64,000 nt of DNA from Dimorphilus gyrociliatus (lineage: Eukaryota > Animalia > Annelida). Below are positions 26,748 through 39,382 of the stretch, piece after piece. Numbering within the stretch: the first letter of the stretch is position 1; each line of letters begins with the position of its first letter. The notes under the pieces were generated by a model, which saw nothing but the letters and a program-made list of their open reading frames with translations, searched no databases and was not told the DNA's origin. Where the stretch lies: NCBI GenBank assembly GCA_904063045.1, contig CAJFCJ010000030.1, forward strand, positions 248,001 through 312,000, read 5' to 3'. Both the position numbers and the translations under genes were made by a program.

Positions 26748-27308
26748 ACTATTTTAAATAAAGTGCCCAATTCATGATAATACTTGTTTCAATAAACAAT
26801 TGCTATAAAAATAGAACAAATAACCTCTTAATTTTTAATTTATGAAAGAATTAACTTGCAGTAGAGAGATAAGGTGAAACAAATAGAAGTGAACTTTTAA
26901 TCATACTGTCTACTAATTGACATATTTTAATCGAAAGAAGGGTCATACTGCTAGTAACAGATTTTTTTAAATTGAACTCTTTTGTGTGTTTAGATTCTAT
27001 TTATTATAGCAACTACACATGTATGCTGCAATTATTTTGTCTTGCTTTTTATTTTTAACTTGTAGGGGACACATATTGAAAAACAGCACAGAAATCTTCA
27101 AAATACCTTAAAAAGACTTGAATAATCTATTCAAGATATTCTTAACTTATAGGTGGATCTCCCTTTCCTTAACTTGGTTAGTCTCTAGTCTCTATATCTT
27201 TTCACTCTATACATACTTACTAAATTACATAGACATATAATGAATATATTATTATTCTTCTGCGGCAAATAGCCGATTTATAACTTTTTTTGTTGTAGTA
27301 GGTTTTCA

Positions 27309-27443
27309 GCTTATAATATCAATGGAAAATTTGAAATTATTGGTTTGACTTCATGGGGAAAAGGATGTGCCGAACCCAATTATGCTGGAGTATATGCCAG
27401 AGTAAGCGCTCAACTGGAATGGATCAAAACAAATGCACAATAA
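27309..27443 (+). pseudogene. 3' fragment of a T3 paralogue
   Basis: AYNINGKFEIIGLTSWGKGCAEPNYAGVYARVSAQLEWIKTNAQ*. Lies inside an inverted, internally deleted copy (26794-27860) of 19075-21550. Confidence 0.9.
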
Positions 27444-28167
27444 TTATTTTAAATGATAAAAGCTTTTAAATCTAATAATTAAGAATAAAAATTGATTTTT
27501 GAATTTGAAGAATAATTATTAGTTTATGAAATAAATAGATTTTTATAGATATTACTATATTTATTTATTTGCATTGAATATTAAAATTTGATGAAGAACG
27601 TATGCTGTTTATCTAATATAGGAGTAATTTTTGATATCTGAAAAATTCATATATGTATGAATTTCATTCTTATAATAGATGACACTCGTACTACATTACA
27701 TGTTATCGGATGGTCTCTTTAAGGAAAGCACGTGCTCTCCTTGTTAATAATGTATAATGTACAAACGTTTTTATCTATTTTTCATATTCATACCGATTAT
27801 TGTGTGAATATGCATTTGTGCATTTTTCTAAAGATTAATTAGTTTAAGAAAACGAAATAAAATGTATGTTCCTATATATTTATTTTATGAGAGAAGATAT
27901 TTTTAGGATTCAACAATTGAAAAAATTCATTTAGTCATCAATCAAAGACAACACATATTATAATAATTTTAGAATAATGAAGTAGAATATTATGTGGTTA
28001 AGACATGAAGTTGATTTACAGACGATCGAGAAATTTCATAAAAGTTACAGAAATTTGTATATTTTACATAAATATTTTATCAACGGAATAGTCTGTTTAT
28101 TAAATTTTAATACATATTTTTGTAATAGTCAAAAAAAACTTCAATTTACTAATTCAATTAAAATTTC

Positions 28168-28183
28168 CACTTGGAATTTCTCA
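28168..28183 (+). promoter_or_regulatory. E-box-N4-TTCTCA composite element upstream of T6
   Basis: CACTTG GAAT TTCTCA(CA), about 150 bp upstream of the ATG. TTCTCAC is the reverse complement of the CSL-type GTGAGAA. Confidence 0.45.
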
Positions 28184-28334
28184 CATAGACATCACTGAAA
28201 ATCGATAAATAACAGGTGACGGAAGCACAATAAACAAGGCCTCTGTTACAAACAAAGAATAGCTAATTTCAAATAGTATAAAAGGCAAATAAATTGACTT
28301 GAAAGTTATAGTGTGAGAAAGTCTAAACATTAGA

Positions 28335-29257
28335 ATGAAGGCTCTTCTTCTGTTAACATTTGTTGCTTATACCAACGCGCAATGGCTTTGTAAGTTTATC
28401 AGTTTAGGTTTTATAATTTTTTTTTAACAATAACTTTTTGATTAGCCGAATGTGGAGAGTCTAAATATCCTAATCCCGCTCCTGAGCAACAAACTGACCG
28501 ATTTGGCAGGGTCGTTGGAGGTTGGGAAGCTAGAGTCAATGAATTTCCCTATCAGGTCAGAATCTTTTCGTTTTAGTTTTATTATCAGGAAAGTAAAAAT
28601 TTATTCAAATCTGTTTAGATTAGCTTAAGAGAATTTGGAAGTCATGCCTGCGGTGCTGTTATCGTTAACGAGGACTGGGTTTTGTGTGCTGCTCATTGTA
28701 CTGACGGAAACGCTAGAGATTACGAAGTAGTTGCTGGAGAACATTACAGAAGCTCCCCAAATGCCGCTGTTCAAGTAATTCCAGTTTTGCAAATTATTAA
28801 TCACGAATTTTATGAAGATCCACTTGAAGACTCAAATGATATTTCCCTCCTCCGTTTGGCTAACAAAATAGTTTTTAACGAGAATGTTCGTCCTGCCTGC
28901 TCTCCTAGAGAAGTTGATTATGTTGACAATACTGTTACAGTTTCTGGATGGGGAACAACATTTTCAGGTGGATCTGTTACCGATGAATTGAGATACACTA
29001 ATGTTCAAGTTCAATCAAATGATGATTGTGCATTGTCTTATCCCGGGGAGATTGATGAGAGTATGATATGTGCTGCTGCTCCAGGAAGAGATACCTGCCA
29101 AGGAGATTCTGGTGGTCCAATGGCTTATAACAACAATGGAAAATTTGAAGTTGTCGGTTTGACTTCATGGGGAAGAGGATGTGCCCAACCGGGTTTTGCT
29201 GGAGTATATGCCAGAGTAAGTGCTCAACTCGAATGGATCAAAACAAACACCCAATAA
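28335..29257 (+). CDS. trypsin-like serine protease T6
   Basis: Exons 28335-28389, 28446-28555, 28619-29257. MKALLLLTFVAYTNA-QWLSECGESKYPNPAPEQQTDRFGR-VVGG; CAAHC, NDISLL, RDTCQGDSGGP. Confidence 0.95.
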
Positions 29258-29529
29258 ACTTCACAATTTCAAATAAAATGATCTTTTAGATGAAATTAAT
29301 TAAGAATATATGTAATTAAGGCAGCTCTATGATTAATACATGTATATACCAAAAGAATTCACGCTTTTTAATTATAGAAAAACTGAACATAAGCCATTAT
29401 TAATAATAATATGATTCAGTGTAATATTTTACAACTCGCAATGATAACCTACTTAATTTAAAATTGACCTACATTAAGATATATTTTTTATTAATCATTT
29501 AAATTTCAAACGAAAAGAGTAAACTTCGC

Positions 29530-30100
29530 TAAATGGTTCATACCACATCATGTCGTAGCAAACCCGAATAAGAAAGGGTTACGCATAGTCTACGATTGCG
29601 CGGCAAAATAGCGCGGAAGAAGTGTCAACGATACGATTTCAACAGGCGGGAGGTTTGTGGGAGATATTCCTTTAACATTGACAATTGGAGGAGCGGCAAC
29701 CACTACGTAATAGGCGACATAAAGGCGCTGTTCCACCAAGTGAACCTTAAAGAATTGGATAGACAATATTTTGGTTTACTATATTGGCCCCCTGGAGAGC
29801 CAAAGGCAAGAGAGAACATAGTCGAATATGTAGTGACAAGGCACGTGTTCGGTGCAAAGGATAGCCCCTACGTGGTCTCAGCAACCCTGAGAAAGGTACT
29901 GAAGGCCTCCCACCTGTCGAGAGAAGAGAGGGAGGGAGATAGAAAGGAGTTTCTACGCGGATGACCTGATCCTGGCATCCAACAATGAAGAATACCTAGC
30001 TGAGGTGTTGGAGAAGGTACTGAAGGCTCTAGACAATTACTTCACACTCATCAAGCTGGCAACTAACTCAACAGAAATTAGAAAGAAGATCCCACTCAAA
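29530..30100 (+). mobile_element. BEL/Pao LTR retrotransposon reverse-transcriptase fragment
   Basis: WFIPHHVVANPNKKGLRIVYDCAAK; IGDIKALFHQVNL..DRQYFGLLYW..EYVVTRHVFGAKDSPY; FYADDLIL (YxDD). Frameshifted and truncated. Confidence 0.9.
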
Positions 30101-31061
30101 AGAAAATTATATTATATTATAATTATAAATTAAGTGACGTTAGCAAGGTACAAAAGACAGTGAATGTATTAGAACAGTGTGACAAAGCAAAGAGTAATTA
30201 AAAGATAATTTTAGACGGAATTGTCCACAATTCCGTAATACAAGCGAAAAATAAATCTTGTAAATAAACAATCACATCTTCACTTTACTTTATATCATCT
30301 GTATTAGTAATAACGAAATATTTACTCAAACAGTGTACTGATCTCATTGCTATTAATTATTTCTATTTCTTTTAAGTATGGTTATCACCTCACTTCTATA
30401 GTTATACCTTTCTGGCTTATCGTAACAATATTACAGTATTTTGCTGCTAGTATCTTTCTTCCTTGTATCATCAGTTCATATTTAATCGCTCTGTTCGTTT
30501 CCTTTCTCTCCATCAAAATCCAGTCCAGAGTAATAGGTTCTCTGTTTTTCGCATCAATCTTCTTAAGGAATTTGTGATTATCAGGGTGTTGTCTTATATT
30601 GTTGCCATTTCCACATTAATAACCTTGCTGGGGTGAAGTCGTCAATGGGACAACCCGTTCTGTTTCTTGATAATTATTCTCGCCTTTCATCCCTCGTCAT
30701 TCTTTCCATTTTCTTCATTCCATGGTTATTTTCTTTTAACCCTACTAGTAGTCTTTCCACATCATTCTGTTTTCTTACTTCTGCTCTTTGCTACTTACTT
30801 CTCATCATATTTATCTGCTCTACTACTTCATTTGTCATCATCTTTTCTAATTTCTTTCCTTCTCGTCTCTCATGTATCTCATCCAACATGAAAGCTTCTT
30901 TCCAATGCATGTTATTGTCTCGGATTTCATTGCAGTTCTTTTCGAATATCTCTCCTCTATGTTCTATCACACTTTCCATATTGTTGATTTTAAAATAACT
31001 TATTTCAGAAAAATGATATCATTATGAAAATTACATATGTCTCTCCGTATATTTAAAATTG

Positions 31062-32494
31062 CTATTTAAAGTTGTTTTGAAAGACGTAATTATTCCATTC
31101 AGAAATTGTATGAAAAACGAATGAAAAAAGAATAACTGCCCTCTATTTAATCTTATCATGGCAAAATTATCCTACCATTATTTATAGGTCCCAGATGTGT
31201 TTTCACTGAAAAAGGTATATTGAATATTTTGTATAAAAGGAGCACATTTTGTCATTTGGTTATGCTTTCTCCTGAAAACAACTAACCAACAATGAAAATC
31301 TTCCTTCTTCTCGCTTTTGTAGCTTGTGCTAATGCCCAATGGCTCTGTGAGTATTTCAATTCAAAATCATTCAAATACTTTTGAACACAGCATCACAATT
31401 TCAATAAACTTTGAAACTCTTTAGCCAACTGTGGAAGCAGTAAATTTCCAAATCCTGCTCCTGAACAGAGACAAGATAGATTTGGTAGAATTGTTGGAGG
31501 ATGGGAATCCAGACCAAATGAATTTCCTTATCAAGTATGCTTCTTCCATTGTTTGAATTTGTTATTTATTCATAAAACAATAGAATTATATTTCTTCCCT
31601 TTCGATTGCAGTTGAGTTTGAGAAGATTTGGAAGTCACTCTTGCGGAGCTGTCATCGTCAACAGCCAGTGGGCTCTTTCCGCTGCTCATTGTACCTCTTC
31701 TGGATCTGCTAATGGTTTAGCCGTTGTTGCTGGAGCTCATCGTAGAAGCAGCCCAGCCGCTTCTGAACAAACTTCAAACATTCTTAGAGTTGTGAATCAT
31801 GAAGACTATCAAAATCCTCTTCGTTACTCCAACGATATCACTCTTCTTCAATTGGCTACTCCATTGACCTTTAATGAAAATGTCGCTCCAGCCTGCTCTC
31901 CAAGAGATGTCACTTATGATGATGATACCGTTACCATTTCTGGATGGGGATCTACCTTCTCTGGTGGCTTCGTTACCGATGAATTGAGATACACCAATGT
32001 TCAAGTATGGAGCAATGATGAGTGTTCTGGCCCATACCCAGGAAGCATCGATGATAGCATGATCTGTGCTGCTTCTGCCGGAAGAGATACTTGCCAAGGA
32101 GATTCCGGTGGTCCAATGGCTTATAACAATAATGGAAAATTCGAAGTTGTCGGTTTGACTTCATGGGGAAGAGGATGTGCCCTTGCTACTCACCCCGGAG
32201 TTTATGCCAGAGTTAGTGCTCAACTCCAATGGATTGCAGATAATGCCAATTAAGAACTATCTGTCTAGTCACGATATTCACTTGAATTTGAATTATTTTA
32301 AGTAAAAAATGTGATTCTAAAAATACACTTCTATTATATGCAAAATATTAACTTATTTTTAAGCATAACAACATTTGTAGCATCAAATTTGAAAAAGTAA
32401 AAACTGTCATGAAACGACAGAATTATCCGGAAACGGAATCAGAAAACAAATCACTTAAGGTATAGGGAAAATTAGTTCTTATGACAAAACAGAA
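31062..32494 (+). repeat. 1.43 kb direct segmental duplication, partner 47018-48450
   Basis: From 'ctatttaaagttgttttgaaagacg' to 'atgacaaaacagaa' at constant offset 15956. Contains T7. I saw one synonymous difference. Confidence 0.93.
31292..32253 (+). CDS. trypsin-like serine protease T7
   Basis: Exons 31292-31346, 31425-31534, 31612-32253. MKIFLLLAFVACANA-QWLSNCGSSKFPNPAPEQRQDRFGR-IVGG; intact triad motifs, GDSGGP. Confidence 0.96.
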
Positions 32495-33253
32495 AGATTT
32501 AGATCTACACTTCTATCAAATGCAAAACATTATCCTATTTTTAAGCATAGCAATTGTACAAAAGTTATCAGGTTTTGGTTCGAATGTGGAAGACAAAAAC
32601 TCTAAGAAAGCGACAGATTTAGTCTGAAACGTAATCGTTAGATTTAAGAACTGTTAAAGTTAGGTTAGTTGTTAAGGCAACCAGAAGTATGTGGATAAAA
32701 GACCGGTATAACTCGAGAAAAATTGGTAGAATGCTATTCTCAAAGTGTTAGCTCCTAAACATCCTAAAAATTTCTGAAATCTTATGAAAAGAAAGAAAAA
32801 TTGGACTAAACGGCTTTATCTAGCACGATTCTTTTCGCAAGATTTAGTTTAACATTTTATAATTATGAGAAATTATTATACTCCATGATATTTCCTTTAG
32901 CTGATTCTGCTAATGCGCAATTTAGAAACATAAATGTGAGTGAAATAAATTGTCAAAGCCGAAAACTTGCAGAAAATATTGTAAAACACTTTGTGACATA
33001 AATTCTGTATATAAAAAATTATAGTAAAGAAAGTTGTACCAATTTAATATCAGGTAGAGGATGCTTCAAACCAAACGAGTCTGTGAGGTTAATATTAAAA
33101 GAGTGTTGTTCCTATAAAACGTTTTTTGAAACATTTAATGGAAAATCACTTTGTGAATGTTAATTTTACGGAGAGTAAACTTGGAATTTTTTATTTATCA
33201 GAAAATGTTTATTAACATTAATATATTACTTTTACAAGTTCTGAAAATATGAA

Positions 33254-34205
33254 TTATTGAGCGTTATCTGCGATCCATTGGAGTTGAGTGGAAACTTTAG
33301 CATAGACGCCAGGGAATCCTTCAAAAGCACATCCTCTACCCCATGAAGTCAAACCGATAACTTCGAATTTTCCATTGTTGTTGTAAGCCATTGGGCCACC
33401 AGAATCTCCTTGGCAAGTATCTCTTCCTGAAGCAGCAGCGCAGATCATACTCTCATCAATTTGACCTGGGTAGGCAGTTGAACATTGGGAATCGGGTGTA
33501 ACAACGACATTGGTGTATCTCAATTCATCGGTGACTCTACCACCAGAGAAAGTGGATCCCCATCCAGAGATGGTTACGGTGTTGCCATCGTAAGATGAAG
33601 TTCTTGGAGCACAGGCAGGAGCAACATTTTCGTTAAGAGTGAAAGGAGTGGTAAGTCTAAGAAGAGAGATATCATTAGCACGAGCGATTGGTGATTGCCA
33701 GTCTTCGTGGTTAATGACTTGAGTGATAGCGGAAGTTTGTTCGCTAGCAAGAGGTTGACTCCTGATATGGGCACCAGCAACAACGGTCAATCCAGTTGCA
33801 GATCCAGATCTGATACAATGGGCGGCAGAAAGAACCCAGCGGCTGTTAAGAATTACTCCACCACAAGAGTGACTTCCGAAGTTTCTTAGACTGATCTAAA
33901 TTTACGAAAATTTTTTTAGCTATAAAAATTAAAAGTAAAATATAATATTTCAATAGATTTTACTTGATAAGGAAATTCATTTTCTCTGGCTTCCCATCCG
34001 CCCACAATTCTTCCTCCTTTTGGTTTTTCCGGAGCAGGATCAGGGTATTTGCTTCTACCACAATTTTCTATTGACAAAAAAATAAAGAATTAAAATTAAA
34101 TACTATAATTCAATGAGTTTTAGAATATTGTCTATGAATTGAAAACTTACGGTCCCATTGGGCAGTGGCGCAGGCAACAAAGGCAAAGAGAAGGAAAACT
34201 TTCAT
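33254..34205 (-). CDS. trypsin-like serine protease T8
   Basis: Exons 34205-34151, 34067-33964, 33895-33254. MKVFLLFAFVACATA-QWDQNCGRSKYPDPAPEKPKGGR-IVGG; SAAHC, NDISLL, RDTCQGDSGGP. Confidence 0.95.
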
Positions 34206-35252
34206 TGTCAATATCTTGGTTCAACAACAAGTGACAACTTTCTATAAGACTTCACTACATATATATATCATTTGTAACTAGGTGTAAACCAATTAATTAT
34301 CCAATAACACTACATTCCTATATCTGCTTACTTTTGTTTCTTCCCAGACGTGAACTAAGTTCATTCTTTAAATAGAAAAATTTTAGCGTAGAAAGTTCAC
34401 GTTATTCAAAAACAATGAATTACATGAAAAAAGTATGAAAAAAGGTCAATTTTCGTATACCGTAATTTATTTAAAGAAAATATTCATATCATTATGATTA
34501 ATTTCCAGATGTAACTTCCCTGAAAAAAGTATGACAATATTTATCTGATGAAGTATAAACTGTCTCTATGTCAGTAAACTTTCTTTCAATAACAGTTAAA
34601 TTTTTGTTGCATCTCAATGGGTAGAGAGTGTTCTAAGTCAACTGATCGAGATTTAATTCTAGTACTATAAGTTAGTCTCAAATTATCATTATAATCATCT
34701 ATATTTGATGTCGAAAGGCAACATTTCAATGTCATACCTTTAGCTTTCTTCACAGATCTGTGAGTTAATTAATATCTAAACTTTCAGTTACGATTTACAC
34801 TTAAGAAACTCACAAAGAAGAAATTAAAAGGGACGTATAAGGATCGTTAAGATAAATGATGTAAAATTATTTATGACTAATATTGACTATATTAATTAAA
34901 ATTAATATTAAAACTATCTTATCTTATAATATATGGCATATTAAGGCTATCTTATTCATATTGACACAGAGAAAGTTTTGTAAGAAGAGATCTACTAATG
35001 AGTATATAGTATTTTAAGTGAGTAAACTATATCTTACGATCAACAATCAAGCAATAATTTTTAGTGTAATTCACAAAAAACTAAATGTTTATCGCTCATA
35101 TACTATATATAGTTCTAGCTATTTTTAGAATGTATATCGTTATCGAGTTACTAAAAATCGTTTATCGATTAAAATCAAGATATATTTATATTTATTGAAC
35201 TAAGATATATTTATTTTTAAATAATACAGATATAAAGTATATTCATATGCAT

Positions 35253-36189
35253 TTAGTCAGCATTTTCTTTTATCCAAGCAAGTTGATGGCTGACTTTGGC
35301 GTAGACTCCTGGATGAGTTGGGAGTGCACAACCTCTTCCCCAAGAAGTTATACCTATTACCTCAAATCTACCATCTCTATTATAGGCTAAAGGCCCACCA
35401 GAATCGCCTTGACAGGTATCTCTTCCTAATTTAGCTGCGCATATCATACTCTCATCTAATTGATCAGGATAAGGTTCAGAGCAGATTTGCTGAGCTACAA
35501 CTTCAACGTTAGTATAACGGAATTCATCAGTTGGAAGTTCACCAGACATTGTCCCTCCCCATCCAGATATTGTAGTCGTTTTATTTACATAATCTTCTGT
35601 TCGCGGTTCGCATGCAACTGTTACATTTTCATTGAAAGTAAAAGGAGATGCTATTCTTAGCAAGGAAATATCGTTCGACCAAAGAAGTGGATCGTTAAAA
35701 CTTGGATGATTTTTTATTTGCAGTATAGTAGACTCTTGTTCTGAAGATGGAGGGTCACTTCTCGTATGTGATCCAGCATATAGTTTCAATCCATTCGGCG
35801 ACTCGCTGGGCACGCAATGAGCGGCTGTAAGTGCCCAGTTTCTGTTAACTAATACTGCACCACAATGATGTCTATCAAACATAGTTATTCTTAACTGACA
35901 AAAAAACGGATAATTAATTCCAGAATGAATTTTTATATTTCTTATAATAACTTAAGAATTTACCTGATAAGGAAACTCATTTAAACGAGATTGCCAACCG
36001 CCAACAATTCGTCCAAACCTGTCAGTTTGTTGCTCAGGAGCAGGGTTATCATATTTACTTTTACCACAGTCGGCTATTTTTAAAAAGTAAAGCAAAAGTT
36101 ATATTAGAACTAATTCTAACAAAATAAAACTTACAGAGCCATTGCGCAAATACACAAGGAAGTACAGCAATTAAAATAAACGTCTTCAT
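35253..36189 (-). CDS. trypsin-like serine protease T9 (most divergent)
   Basis: Exons 36189-36135, 36073-35964, 35894-35253. MKTFILIAVLPCVFA-QWLSDCGKSKYDNPAPEQQTDRFGR-IVGG; TAAHC, NDISLL, RDTCQGDSGGP. Confidence 0.95.
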
Positions 36190-36257
36190 AACTGCATGTA
36201 GTTGCAGCATATAGACACATTTCTAGCTAAATTTTACGATATATACTACTAAAAAAA

Positions 36258-36273
36258 CATATGGATATTCCCA
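36258..36273 (+). promoter_or_regulatory. E-box-N4-TTCCCA composite element upstream of T9
   Basis: CATATG GATA TTCCCA, about 13 bp upstream of a TATA-like run (36240-36245). The flanks do not align with the T1/T11 promoters. Confidence 0.5.
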
Positions 36274-38609
36274 GTTTACAAATATTCACATGTATCTGAG
36301 TAATCAAACATTTTCTAGGTGACAGACATCTTGCTTGAAATTTTTCCATTGTTGTTGATGATTCATAATGACGCTTTTGAATGTAAAAGACATCTATTGA
36401 ACTTATATTATTGGGACAAATTTTCTATTGTTTTATCAGCTCTTGCATATCTCTAAGAGCATTCAGCAGGGTATATCGATTCTGCCTAAATTTTGAATCA
36501 TTTAGGATTCCGAGACTACTTGCACCGATGGTAATTTCATCATCCTCATATGAGTAACAAAAGAACAGTTTCCTGTAGCTTGAGTTCGCTAGTAAAATCT
36601 CTAAGAAAACACAGATGTGTGTTCCAAACATGACAGTTCCTAACATCTTAATAACATGAACATTAGACGAAGCTTCAATTCTCGTAACTGAACAATAATA
36701 ATCATTAATATCGAAAAAAATTTCTATCACTTCTGTTAATATAAAATTATAAAGTTAACTACAACTTAATAAGCAAATACTTCATTCTTGTACACTGTTA
36801 AAAAGAATGAAGGTTTACTATTTAACATGCTCCTTCCTAAACTATTTCAACTAAACTTTTTGGGCATTTTATCTACAATACAAATGAATTAGCACCATAA
36901 CGATCTAATCACTATAATAACTTTAGACTAGACTTTCAAAAGTGCTTCTTATAAAAATTTGCTGGGTAAGACTTACAGTGTATTTCATACTCCTGTATTT
37001 TCAAACTTATTTAATAAATTTTTCAATATTCAATACCTATTTTAAATATGCCTCGTTATCTCAACATGCTAAGTTATACCATGTATCATTTTAAGTTTCT
37101 CTCATTAAAACATATTCATCCGAAAAAAAGATAAATGCGTTTTGCAATTAAAAGTCCTGTAAATTGTTATCATCATAAATTTTTAAACAAGAATTTCATC
37201 ACCAAATATGTAAATTATTTCTTAATCCATACAAAAAAATTGAGGCTAATACAAGTTTGCAACTTTTAAAATCATTTATTCATAAAAATATGTATGTTAA
37301 TCAGTGGAGAGCATCTGAAATTATAACTCATTCAAAAAGATACAAAAGTAGAACCTTTTCTTTTCAGAATATTTGTTGTTGATATCATTGATAAATCTGA
37401 AGTTTTAACGTTAACAGCAACACACTCTTTCCATCAGTTTTTTCTTATTTTGCTTGTAATTAATTACTTAATTGACTTAGTCGATACTAAGGTAAAGAAA
37501 GAGCAGAAAGAGAAAGAATAAATGGATAAGGAGATTTGATATCCTGTATACATAAAATATATACATGTATATATGTCTGTAGTAAAAACTTATGAGAAGT
37601 TTTACTGTATATTATATTCATTCATCACATAAATGCTATAGTTCACATAAGCATTATATTTTTACATCTTTATTATGTTATTTTTTATATTGTATGTAGT
37701 ATATATACTCTATATGCTATATATATATTTATTATTGCCACTTTTACTATGACAATGTATCAGTCATTGAAAGTTTATCTATATTTTCCTTGTTAAGAAG
37801 TCCAATATCTGGATTATATTGTTATTGTTATTTAACCTATAGACTACATATACAAGGATTAAATGTCTTTAAATATAATATGGAAATTACTCTTCAACAG
37901 TTAGCTATTAGTTTAAGACGCGATTCCGTCCAGGCTGTAGACCTAACGGGCATTTATTTTTTAAATACTAGTTTCTATATTAAGATGAGCTCATCACACA
38001 TGCTACCTTATTTCTAAGTATCCTTTCTATTGCTTGCCAAATTAGTTTTCTTACAATAATTATTATTATCTATTACTTAATTTTAATATCCTCTTACAAA
38101 AGTTTGTTCAATTCTAAGTAATTTAATGATATCTCAAACCGCTAGATGGTGCTTTAGTCTGCATTTCATTGGCAATTTGCACGAATTCTATCGTTTTTTT
38201 TGTCATTATTATCTATAACGAAATCTCTACCAAATAATTGTAACTTTGATGCATAGACTACTTTTGAACTGCTAAGACGAATAATTAAATGAATTAAATA
38301 ATGTTCTTCATGTCAGAATGTGTGATAAAGATGAATAAACATTTTTAAAAATAGTTTTTGTTAATGCAAATTCATGGAAAATTAAAAAGTCCTAATATAA
38401 CTGATCAGTCATAAGCATCCAAATATATCACATTGAAAAAAGTTTCCTCTTTGGATGTTAATTATCTTTGGGAAGAAGACATTTCTTAACACTTTGGTAC
38501 TTGTTTTCCATAGGAAAATTTTCAAAAATTTCTCTAATTCAAAAGTATATAAAGAAGGAAAAGATGCTTAAAGTTAAAGTTTTCAAAGTTGAAGAAGACT
38601 GAAAACACT

Positions 38610-39382
38610 ATGAAAACTTTCATCATCTTAGCATTTGGATGGGAAACAAGAAAGAACGAATTTTCTTATCAAGTTGATTATTAATTAATTTTTAATTAAA
38701 CACTCTACTTTAGTTTTTCTTACTAATATAATTTCAGTTAAGTTTAACAAGATGTGATAGTCATGTGTGTGGAGCAGTCATTCTTAATAGCGACTAGGCT
38801 ATAACTGCTGCTCTTTGTGTTTCAAGTGGAAGTAATTCTGGTTTAAAAGTTATTGCAGGTCTTCACAATCGATTCGAAGATTCGGATCCCGCTGTTCAAA
38901 AATCTGAAATATTACAAGTAAAGAATCAAGAAGAATGGCATGAACCTAATCGTCATTCAAATGATATCTCACTTCTTAAATTGGCCACTAAGTTAATATT
39001 TAACGAAAACGTCGCTCCTTCATGTGCACCAAGAGAAGTTGACTATGCAGGAGATACTGTTACTATTTCGGGATGGGGAACCACCTATTCGGGAGGATAT
39101 GTTACAGAAGAATTGAGATATACCTACGTCATAGTTCAAACCAACGCAAAATGCAGTGAATCGTATCCTGATCGTATTGATGAAACAATGGTCTGTGCCG
39201 CTGCTCCAGGAAGAGATACATGTAAAGGAGATTCCGGTGGTCCAATGGCCTACAATAATAACGGAAGATTTGAAGTAATGGGCTTGACATCGTGGGGAAG
39301 AGGTTGCGCTCTCGAAGGTTTTGCTGGTGTATATTCAAGAGTCAGTGCTCAACTTAAATGGATTGCCGATAATGCAAAATAA
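38610..39382 (+). pseudogene. trypsin pseudogene T10, copy a
   Basis: Exon 1 is fused to the end of exon 2 (MKTFIILAF-GWETRKNEFSYQ, 38610-38672), losing the propeptide and IVG. Exon 3 (from 38738) has TAG at 38795-38797 and His57 to Leu (TAALC, 38813-38815). Confidence 0.9.

Noticed and set aside
30347-30998. Overlapping hydrophobic and charged ORFs
   Set aside because: Low-complexity purine/pyrimidine-skewed sequence next to the BEL fragment. Probably TE debris; no recognisable domain.
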